This document shows positions 27,940-34,945 of a stretch of DNA of 64,000 nucleotides, piece after piece (the stretch's first letter is position 1; each line of letters begins with the position of its first letter). The notes beneath the pieces were generated by a model, which saw nothing but the letters and a program-made list of their open reading frames with translations, did not search any database and was not told where the DNA came from. Source of the stretch: a virus; the IMG/VR virus record IMGVR_UViG_3300045988_164340, positions 128,001 through 192,000 of that record; one strand, written 5' to 3'. The translations under genes and the position numbers were made by a program.

Positions 27940-28246
27940 GCCACACCTCCGTTTTAACACCTTTGCCATTGTAATAACGACGAGCACCATAATTGGCTCT
28001 ATCACTAAAACATTCAGCACAAGGAATTAATTCCTTACGCTTTCCCTCTTTGATTTCCTTGAGTGAAAGGTTGAAGCACTGCTCAACCTCGCATTTTTCA
28101 CACGTCTTACAGGATTTACCCTTGCAGATATTTTCGCAGAAGTTGTTTTTAACTTTGCAGAGATGCTTAACACCCCAAGAGGAATTCATCTCAGCTAAAG
28201 TCTGGTCGAGAGTGTAATTACGACCCATAACACTAATCTTTTTCAT
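27932..28246 (-). CDS. Cys-rich protein
   Basis: 104 aa; CKVKNNFCENICKGKSCKTCEKCEVEQC. Confidence 0.65.
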   Translation of the reverse strand: MKKISVMGRNYTLDQTLAEMNSSWGVKHLCKVKNNFCENICKGKSCKTCEKCEVEQCFNLSLKEIKEGKRKELIPCAECFSDRANYGARRYYNGKGVKTEVWHV

Positions 28247-28309
28247 TTTACTTTGACTCCTTTCAAGTCTGTATTAAATTTGATTTTGAATTTGTCTTAA
28301 ACTATATGG

Positions 28310-28642
28310 TTAAAAACAAACACGTTTCTTTTTGATTTTGGTAAGCATCCAACACCAAGGATTTCCAAAATCATCTTCAAGAGGAGTAACCTTAATGGTT
28401 ACAAGCACCTCAGTACTGAGATGTTCAAGCACATATTCGAGATTTTTAAGAGAGAAAACATATCTCTCTTTTGTATCATCTTTGGTACTTTTTGCGCACC
28501 ATTTGATGATTTCTTTCAAACTTGAATCAATCAAGCAGTTCAAATTCCCATACGTATCAAGCGCTCTACTAAGAGAAGGCGCTTCTAAATAAGTAGGGTT
28601 GTTTGTAATGGAGCGAATATTGTTTTTCATTTTCTTAGACAT
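28310..28642 (-). CDS. hypothetical protein, paralog of 6896..7216
   Basis: 110 aa; see 6896..7216. Confidence 0.65.
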   Translation of the reverse strand: MSKKMKNNIRSITNNPTYLEAPSLSRALDTYGNLNCLIDSSLKEIIKWCAKSTKDDTKERYVFSLKNLEYVLEHLSTEVLVTIKVTPLEDDFGNPWCWMLTKIKKKRVCF

Positions 28643-28679
28643 GACTTTAATTCCTTTCTTTTGTCAAATTGATTAATAC

Positions 28680-28871
28680 TTATACTTGCTTGAGATATTT
28701 AAGGTTTAACTCTAATTTGGAATCCATGATTAAACCCTTTTCTCTTTTGATGCGACCTCTGAGATTATTCAGCGCTTGTTTCTCAGAAGAGGCCATTGTG
28801 TAACCAGAATAATGACAATAATAGTCATGCCATCTGGTTACTGGGCCCTCATAATAATATTTGAGCTTCAT
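28680..28871 (-). CDS. hypothetical protein
   Basis: 63-aa ORF with GGAGG SD. Confidence 0.6.
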   Translation of the reverse strand: MKLKYYYEGPVTRWHDYYCHYSGYTMASSEKQALNNLRGRIKREKGLIMDSKLELNLKYLKQV

Positions 28872-28888
28872 ATATACCTCCTTTCAAC

Positions 28889-29134
28889 TCAAATAAACTC
28901 TGAGACTTTACCCTCTTCATGGACATAGCCTCCAAGAACTTCAGGACATGACTGGAAATAACCAGACGCATCCTGAATGTGTACGAGAATGGTATCATCC
29001 ATATTCAATGAGCCATTTCGTACTTTCATTCTGAGAGAATTGCGAATTCGTTTCCAAATTTCGCTTCTTTCTTCGAATACATCATAGATGACTTTGCCAT
29101 CTTTTTTGATGTATCCTTTGTACCATCTTGTCAT
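28889..29134 (-). CDS. hypothetical protein
   Basis: 81-aa ORF, ATGA overlap with upstream gene. Confidence 0.6.
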   Translation of the reverse strand: MTRWYKGYIKKDGKVIYDVFEERSEIWKRIRNSLRMKVRNGSLNMDDTILVHIQDASGYFQSCPEVLGGYVHEEGKVSEFI

Positions 29135-29595
29135 TTGTTTTCACCCCCTTTCTCATGATTCAGGGCAGCTCTTCTTAATTCATCCTGAGAATTATAATAC
29201 TGCTCAAAAGCATCACAACCTTCCCAAGAAATTTTAGATTGAAGCTTTGCAAGCTTTTCAGAGACTTCTGCCAAGTTTTTTTGTGCCTCTTCAAGAGCAG
29301 ATTCCTGTAATGCAATATATGTATCCATTGCAACATTCTTTGCCATAAGAATGGCAGTGAATTCATCTTTGAAGTAACCTTCATAATGTTGAGGCATAAT
29401 ATGTGTTTTCATTTCATTAAAGGTGCTTTCGCGGATGAATTGTTCTCTCAATTCGCCTGAAGCTAGAAAATATACAGGATTTTCATTAGTATTATGAATA
29501 TTCTGAATTTTGTACACTACCATGGTGTTCATGGTAGTAGGCTGACGGTAAATCACGGTATATACATACCCATCTAACGTTGTAATCTTTTTCAT
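29131..29595 (-). CDS. hypothetical protein
   Basis: start moved to ATG 29595 (MKKITTLDGYVY) with GAAAGGAAAAAAG SD. Confidence 0.65.
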   Translation of the reverse strand: MKKITTLDGYVYTVIYRQPTTMNTMVVYKIQNIHNTNENPVYFLASGELREQFIRESTFNEMKTHIMPQHYEGYFKDEFTAILMAKNVAMDTYIALQESALEEAQKNLAEVSEKLAKLQSKISWEGCDAFEQYYNSQDELRRAALNHEKGGENK

Positions 29596-29623
29596 TTCTT
29601 TTTTCCTTTCTGCTCTTTTGAGC

Positions 29624-29652
29624 TTGACAAATCTTTGTTTGTGTGTTATACT
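29624..29652 (+). promoter_or_regulatory. antisense-oriented sigmaA-type promoter (cassette E)
   Basis: TTGACA, 17 nt, TATACT with TGt. Confidence 0.7.
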
Positions 29653-29705
29653 TGCTATTGTAATAAGAAAAGTGGTTGACCAATCCACTCTTCTTATTAA
29701 ATTGA

Positions 29706-29861
29706 TTAGTCTAAGTCTAACTTAGATATATCTATCTGGAAGAATTCAATCAGCTATTCAACACTTAGGTGTTGCATATACCAATTAAACTCAAATTCAG
29801 AAGTGATATACTACTTCAGAATAGAACCAATCTTTGCTTTATTACTAAAACTATCCTACAT
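29706..29861 (-). CDS. micro-ORF E (51 aa, three TAG codons): M(TAG)DSFSNKAKIGSILK(TAG)YITSEFEFNWYMQHLSVE(TAG)LIEFFQIDISKLDLD
   Basis: AAAGGAGG SD 5 nt upstream; GTTTTAGTAATAAAGCA shared with cassette H. Confidence 0.4.
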
Positions 29862-30003
29862 GAATTCCTCCTTTCTTTTAACTTGTTAGTGCTGGTGACT
29901 AACTTGTTATTCATTATCTTATTGGTCAGATAAGATAGAGAGCTTATTCCCATTAAGCACTCTATGAAGGGTAGGAGCATATGTTCCTGCCCTTTAACAA
30001 TGC

Positions 30004-30339
30004 TTAACCGATGTAACGTTCCTTGAGAGAACGTGCTTCCATAATGAAAGATTCAAAATCTTCGTTGGAAGTAATTTGTATTCTTTTTTCTTTGATTGGT
30101 CTAGCTATCATATTAAGTTTAGATAGTGTGTATTCACAATACAACTTTATATAATAAGTTGTGTTGTTTTCATTTAACACTCTATCAGGAGAGACATATA
30201 CGTGAAGCCAATAATCTTTCCCAAAGTGTGACTGAGCAAATGCTCCTCTATCTTCCCACTGAGCGAATACTTCAGTATCTTCCCAAGGTTTTGCAATACC
30301 AACTAACATATTGCAGATATCATGGACGGCTAATTTCAT
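30004..30339 (-). CDS. hypothetical protein
   Basis: 111-aa ORF with SD. Confidence 0.65.
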   Translation of the reverse strand: MKLAVHDICNMLVGIAKPWEDTEVFAQWEDRGAFAQSHFGKDYWLHVYVSPDRVLNENNTTYYIKLYCEYTLSKLNMIARPIKEKRIQITSNEDFESFIMEARSLKERYIG

Positions 30340-30366
30340 TTTCTTTGATTCCTTTCTATTAAACCA

Positions 30367-30395
30367 TTGACAAGTACAACTTTATATGTTATACT
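30367..30395 (+). promoter_or_regulatory. antisense-oriented sigmaA-type promoter (cassette F)
   Basis: TTGACA, 17 nt, TATACT with TGt. Confidence 0.7.
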
Positions 30396-30454
30396 TATTA
30401 TTAGAATAAGAGAAGTGCCTACACACCTCTCTTATTAATGAGCTTTTATTCTTC

Positions 30455-30529
30455 TTAGAAGTTATAGTTCTTTAGAATTACAACTACAACGACGTTTAAA
30501 GAATAATCGACTGAAATAATCTTCTTCAT
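30455..30529 (-). CDS. micro-ORF F: MKKIISVDYSLNVVVVVILKNYNF
   Basis: AAGGAGG SD 9 nt upstream; second codon AAG where G1/G2 have TAG. Confidence 0.55.
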   Translation of the reverse strand: MKKIISVDYSLNVVVVVILKNYNF

Positions 30530-30660
30530 TATTTATTACCTCCTTAAGAAGATAAAAGCAAACAAGAATGTAGGTCCTTATTTACTACAGAGGAGAGATA
30601 GGGGGATATCTCTCCTTCTGTTATGTTTGAGTAGTTTAACGACTTGCTCAGGTCGAGGAG

Positions 30661-31062
30661 TTAGTTCTGATAATCGTCACTTACCAGAACCCATTCTTCT
30701 CCATTACCATCAATGAGATGAATTGTTGTTCCATCTTCACCGATAGTAACTGACTGAAGATTACTAAACCAATTTTCAGTAGTGGTATAGGCTTCTTCAG
30801 TGCCTTTGTCGTAACCAGCGTTGTATGCGCCAGTTACGTCTTCATTAGTGCAGACCTCTGCGGGAGTGCTCTTACTGTAATCAATGTTACAGATAAGAGT
30901 AATGATGCTAATGGCAAGAATAGTCATGATAATGAACATGGCACGAGGATTCATGCTCTTCTTATGCACGATTGCTTCGATATTAATGATAACACCGTAT
31001 ACAATCATGATAATCATGATAGCCACGGCAATGATAACAATAGAATTCATGGTAATAAACAT
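30661..31062 (-). CDS. membrane protein
   Basis: 133 aa; two N-terminal TM helices. Confidence 0.65.
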   Translation of the reverse strand: MFITMNSIVIIAVAIMIIMIVYGVIINIEAIVHKKSMNPRAMFIIMTILAISIITLICNIDYSKSTPAEVCTNEDVTGAYNAGYDKGTEEAYTTTENWFSNLQSVTIGEDGTTIHLIDGNGEEWVLVSDDYQN

Positions 31063-31095
31063 CTTTATTTCCTTTCTGGTTTTAGTGTCTTTTCC

Positions 31096-31124
31096 TTGAC
31101 AATAGTTGTTTGGTGTGTTATAAT
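31096..31124 (+). promoter_or_regulatory. antisense-oriented sigmaA-type promoter (cassette G)
   Basis: TTGACA, 17 nt, TATAAT with TGt (full consensus). Confidence 0.75.
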
Positions 31125-31183
31125 GTTTTTAATAAGAGAAGCACCTATATACTTCTCTTATCTGTGTATCTTATTACACTTTA

Positions 31184-31258
31184 TTAGAAGTTGTAATTCT
31201 TAAGGATGATTACTACAACCACATTAAAAGTGTAATTGACAAATGTTATCTTCTACAT
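31184..31258 (-). CDS. micro-ORF G1: M(TAG)KITFVNYTFNVVVVIILKNYNF
   Basis: AAAGGAGG SD 8 nt upstream; codon-by-codon check done. Confidence 0.6.
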
Positions 31259-31395
31259 TTATTTACCTCCTTTAGAAGATAGAAGTATTTAATTGTATAG
31301 GCAACTAAATACTGAGAGCTTATTGCGACTAAGCACTCTATAAGATAGAGGAAGATATTTCTACCTTCCTCTATCCTAACAATGCTCAGTTATGC

Positions 31396-31470
31396 TCAGA
31401 AGTTATAATTCTTCAGTATCGCAACTGTTACAACATTAAGAGCATAATTTACGGAAATTATTTTCTACAT
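31396..31470 (-). CDS. micro-ORF G2: M(TAG)KIISVNYALNVVTVAILKNYNF
   Basis: AAAGGAGG SD 9 nt upstream; TGA stop. Confidence 0.6.
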
Positions 31471-31614
31471 GGTAATTTCCTCCTTTCCGAGTGCGATTTG
31501 GATTACTAAGCACTCTATTAAGCCCAGTATCAACTCCTTTTGGGGCGGATATTGGGCTTTAACAATGCTTAGGTATTGAGCAGTTTATTGTCATACTCAG
31601 GACAAAAGAGTGGA

Positions 31615-31956
31615 TTAGTTCTTAATCATCCACCCTTCACAACCGTATTTCTCATGGACAATCTTTCTGTTCCAGCAGTAATTTGTGCTGCCACCATCAG
31701 ACTGAGGAAAAGTGATACAAGTTTTCTGCATTAAAGTAAGAATGCCCTTCCATGCATCTTCGGTTTCTTCATTGAAAATCTCATTGAAAACGGTTTCCAG
31801 TGCTCTCCACTGGAGGAAAATTGCTCCCTGATAGCGGAAACGGTCGTAGACCTTTACAAAGGTCTCCGTGAAGGACGGGGTATTGAAGCTGTCTACTAAC
31901 TTGTCCAACCATTTATTGTTGTTGCTGATAGTAATGTTGATGTTGTTGATATACAT
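31615..31956 (-). CDS. hypothetical protein
   Basis: start moved to ATG 31956 (MYINNINITIS) with AAAGGAG SD. Confidence 0.65.
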   Translation of the reverse strand: MYINNINITISNNNKWLDKLVDSFNTPSFTETFVKVYDRFRYQGAIFLQWRALETVFNEIFNEETEDAWKGILTLMQKTCITFPQSDGGSTNYCWNRKIVHEKYGCEGWMIKN

Positions 31957-31996
31957 AGCTTTGACTCCTTTTTGTTCCTTTCTTTTAGAAAATCTG

Positions 31997-32025
31997 TTGA
32001 CAAATATAACTTTATATGTTATACT
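31997..32025 (+). promoter_or_regulatory. antisense-oriented sigmaA-type promoter (cassette H)
   Basis: TTGACA, 17 nt, TATACT with TGt. Confidence 0.7.
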
Positions 32026-32083
32026 GTCATTGTAGTAAGAAAGATGCCTATACATCTTTCTTACTGGTGATGTGTATAAATTA

Positions 32084-32161
32084 TTAACTTATACGTTGTG
32101 ATGCTTTATTACTAAAACAACAATCACGCAAAGAAAATAATTTACTTCTATCAATCTTCAT
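32084..32161 (-). CDS. micro-ORF H: MKIDRSKLFSLRDCCFSNKASQRIS
   Basis: AGGAGG SD 7 nt upstream; no TAG; divergent peptide. Confidence 0.4.
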   Translation of the reverse strand: MKIDRSKLFSLRDCCFSNKASQRIS

Positions 32162-32224
32162 TATTTTACCTCCTGAAGATTGATAGAAGTACTTATCAAT
32201 ATAGGTTAATAAGTACTACAAAAT

Positions 32225-32254
32225 AAAGAGACACTTGTTCGGAAGTGTCTCTTT
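32225..32254. terminator. bidirectional intrinsic terminator
   Basis: 11-bp stem; ATTTTGT follows in - sense, ACTTTTGTTT in + sense. Confidence 0.6.
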
Positions 32255-32325
32255 ACTTTTGTTTGGAGAAAGGCTATTTGTTTATACTCGTTAACCTTCC
32301 AGAACGAGTTGGATTGGAGAGTTTT

Positions 32326-32529
32326 TTAATCAAAGGAATAATTATATTCTTGACCATAGAAATTAAGGATATAGCCATTTTCGTTTGATTCAACAAGAAC
32401 GGCATTCTTGATTGTTTGGTCGATTGTTTTCTCAACCAAATGGTTGCAAAATCTTACGCAACCAAGACCGATGATGACGATGATGATGAGAGAGATGATG
32501 AATTTTTCTTCCTTGTTAATGTGTTTCAT
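32326..32529 (-). CDS. small membrane protein
   Basis: 67 aa; TM FIISLIIIVIIGLGCV. Confidence 0.6.
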   Translation of the reverse strand: MKHINKEEKFIISLIIIVIIGLGCVRFCNHLVEKTIDQTIKNAVLVESNENGYILNFYGQEYNYSFD

Positions 32530-32679
32530 TTTTGTTTTCTCCTTTTAATTTGTTTTTGTGTAAGGTCGAATTTACATTTCTTACTTACATTTTTTTGTTT
32601 TTATTTATGTTATGACTATAACTTTTAGGTAGACAAAAAATTTTAGGCTTAAAAAATCTAAAAAAATAAAAAATTTTTA

Positions 32680-32716
32680 AAAAAATAAAAAAGTCAGAAA
32701 GCATTTACTTTCTGAC
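32680..32716 (-). terminator. intrinsic terminator of the HNH gene
   Basis: GTCAGAAAG/CTTTCTGAC stem around the stop codon, long T-run in - sense. Confidence 0.65.
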
Positions 32717-34087
32717 TTTATCTATAGCTTTTTCTAAAGCTTGTTTTCGTAATTTTTCTGCTCGTTTAGCTCTTGTTTCTTTTAACTTTTCAATTTTCTT
32801 TTTTGCTTTTTCTGCTTGCTTTTCTTCTAAACGAATATTTTCCTATTCTTCTGTTAAATTAAAATTGTTATTTAATTCATTCGTAATTTGTTCTATTTTC
32901 TATGCAATATTAGTAGTTTTTCTCAAGAACTCAAATGGTTCTAAATCCATTTTCATTACATTACAAGCACTGCAACATGGTACACAATTATTTTTTGTAT
33001 ATCCTCTGTCTGATAATATTCGGTCTATTCCACAATAATTAAGGTCTTTATATTTATAATTGGGAATAGAATACTCTCCACAATAAAAACAAGGTTGAGA
33101 AGTTAACTAATTAAATTCTTCAATAGTAAATTCGAAATTAAAATTTTTATCTTCTGCTCTTTTTTGGTAATAATTATATCTATATTCTAAACATTCTTGT
33201 TCAATTGATTTTTCTTGCTTTGGCTTATAGGGGTCACATTCTAAACAACACCATAAATGAGTAGAAACAACATTTTTTCTAAAACATTCAATCGGCAACA
33301 TTTGGCCGCATATTTTACAAATATGTTTAATTACTTGTCTATTATTATCTACAATACATAGTTCTTCATTACAACCCATACTTCCACATCTTCGTGGAGC
33401 ATTAACATTTAATAAATTATTCCCTTTTACTACTCTTTTACTTTTTAATTTACATTGACATTCACAAAGATAATCACAATCTCTAGCAAGAACTTCAGGG
33501 TCTAAAGTTAATTTTTCTAAAACTTTGTATTTCCGATATATAGAACCAATATTAATAGTATTAGATTTACTAGAGCATTTTATGCAGCAAGAACTTTTAC
33601 CTCTTACAAGATTAGCCTCAATAACATCTTCAATATTACCACATTCAGTTCCATCATTTAAAATATGATGACAAACACATCTCCAAGTACGTCTTGTATA
33701 TTTATTACATTTATTTTGATATGGTTCTCCCTCTTCAAGAACTTCCCAATCTCCAAAGACTTGTCCAATTAAATCATATTTTTTCCTTTGATGATTAATT
33801 CCATCATTATTATTTTCTTTCCAAGAATTAACTTTTTGTTGTACCCAAGTATTTTTGTTATTTTGATATTTAGATTCAGTATGACCTTTTTTATTATATG
33901 GATTGTATTCGGTAGGACAAGTTTTTAAATATTGAGCTAATAATTTATATTCATTCCCATCTTTATCAACACAATCCCACTAAACTAATGAATGTCCACT
34001 TTCTGTAATATATTTTTCATCACTCTATTTTACTACATGAAACATTCCAAAATCTTTACCTGTTAAATCAATTATTTTTCTACCCAT
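32705..34087 (-). CDS. HNH homing endonuclease, five in-frame TAG codons
   Basis: 1383 nt, in frame throughout by eye; ...FTIEEFN(TAG)LTSQPCFYCGEYS...GIDRILSDRGYTKNNCVPCCSACNVMK is the HNH_3-type core; the ORF track shows only a 90-aa fragment. Confidence 0.75.
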
Positions 34088-34156
34088 AAAAACACTTCCT
34101 TTCAAATTAATAATAAAGATACATTGATATCATCATTATATCTTTTCTCAATTTAC

Positions 34157-34185
34157 ATTATAGCATACTTTTTAAATCTTGTCAA
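34157..34185 (-). promoter_or_regulatory. sigmaA-type promoter of the HNH gene
   Basis: - sense TTGACA (34185-34180), 17 nt, TATAAT (34162-34157). Confidence 0.65.
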
Positions 34186-34261
34186 GTACTTTTTTAAAAA
34201 TTTTTCAAAAAAAATTAAAAAAATTTTTAATCATTAAAATGTAAATTCTCCAAACCCCGAC

Positions 34262-34296
34262 AAAAAAAGGATAGAAGCCGTCACAGCCTCTATCCT
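34262..34296 (-). terminator. intrinsic terminator after 34348..34740
   Basis: AGGATAGA..TCTATCCT stem followed by TTTTTTTG in - sense. Confidence 0.6.
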
Positions 34297-34305
34297 TAAA
34301 ATATA

Positions 34306-34341
34306 TTCAATTACATTATTCAATTACATTATTCAATTACA
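34306..34341. repeat. 13-nt tandem repeat, 2.8 copies
   Basis: TTCAATTACATTA x2 plus TTCAATTACA. Confidence 0.8.
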
Positions 34342-34347
34342 CGCTAC

Positions 34348-34740
34348 TTACATATGTCCATCACTCATAACTCCAAGCAAATCACTCCAAAATGCACAGT
34401 CCCATTTTTTACTTCCAACATCCTTTTCACCCAATCCAACACCATTTCTCTCATTCACAACGTAATCTTTCATTACTTTCATTACTTTCTCATTAATAAC
34501 AAGACTTACTTTATCATTCCACAAGAACCCCTTATACCTTTTACCCTTACCTCTATAATTCATCTTTCCATATCTTTCAATTTTAAAGCCATGCATCTTT
34601 TTCCAGTTATTACTACAAAATAATAAAGCATCATCATCAGTAATCTTATCATTTTGATAAGTAATATTCAACAAACGAACAAAAGGTCTATTATTATCTC
34701 TTGCTTTTAACTCAAAATATTTCTTAATAGTATCATTCAT
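34348..34740 (-). CDS. hypothetical protein
   Basis: 130-aa ORF. Confidence 0.65.
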   Translation of the reverse strand: MNDTIKKYFELKARDNNRPFVRLLNITYQNDKITDDDALLFCSNNWKKMHGFKIERYGKMNYRGKGKRYKGFLWNDKVSLVINEKVMKVMKDYVVNERNGVGLGEKDVGSKKWDCAFWSDLLGVMSDGHM

Positions 34741-34945
34741 GATTTTTTATACCTTGTTTTTCTTTTATAAACAATTTATCCATATTTTCTTTTCAAATTT
34801 AATCTTACAGTCTAACCCATCAAATTACCCATCTCAAACATTCTAATTAAAAATAGAAAGATAAACATGAATAAATTATTTATAATTCAATCTAAATTAT
34901 TCTTCAATCGTCCTATCTACAACATTTATAGCATTGTTAATATTA

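Larger units (their letters stand above)
29624..30006. repeat. intergenic cassette E
   Basis: + promoter 29624-29652; hairpin 29662-29698; micro-ORF 29706-29861; hairpin 29915-29937; bipartite element 29954-30006. Confidence 0.7.
30367..30621. repeat. intergenic cassette F
   Basis: + promoter 30367-30395; hairpin 30405-30436; micro-ORF 30455-30529; hairpin 30564-30579; hairpin 30587-30621. Confidence 0.7.
31096..31570. repeat. intergenic cassette G (double)
   Basis: + promoter 31096-31124; hairpin 31132-31161; micro-ORF G1 31184-31258; hairpin 31284-31313; bipartite element 31330-31388; micro-ORF G2 31396-31470; bipartite element 31508-31570. Confidence 0.75.
31997..32254. repeat. intergenic cassette H
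   Basis: + promoter 31997-32025; hairpin 32034-32065; micro-ORF 32084-32161; hairpin 32188-32217; bidirectional terminator 32225-32254. Confidence 0.7.
32032..32262 (+). ncRNA. predicted ~230-nt antisense RNA H
   Basis: 13-bp 5' stem-loop; ends at AAAGAGACACT/AGTGTCTCTTT plus ACTTTTGTTT. Confidence 0.4.

Noticed and set aside
12526-32260. CRISPR array or MITE/IS explanation for the repeated cassettes
   Set aside because: There are no identical direct repeats with regular spacers. There are no terminal inverted repeats beyond the 6-7 nt loop words, no target-site duplications and no transposase. Cassette sequences are diverged but structure-conserving, which fits functional RNA/peptide elements better.
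34306-34341. Tandem 13-mer as a CRISPR or iteron array
   Set aside because: There are fewer than three copies with no spacers. I recorded it only as a simple tandem repeat next to the HNH cassette.
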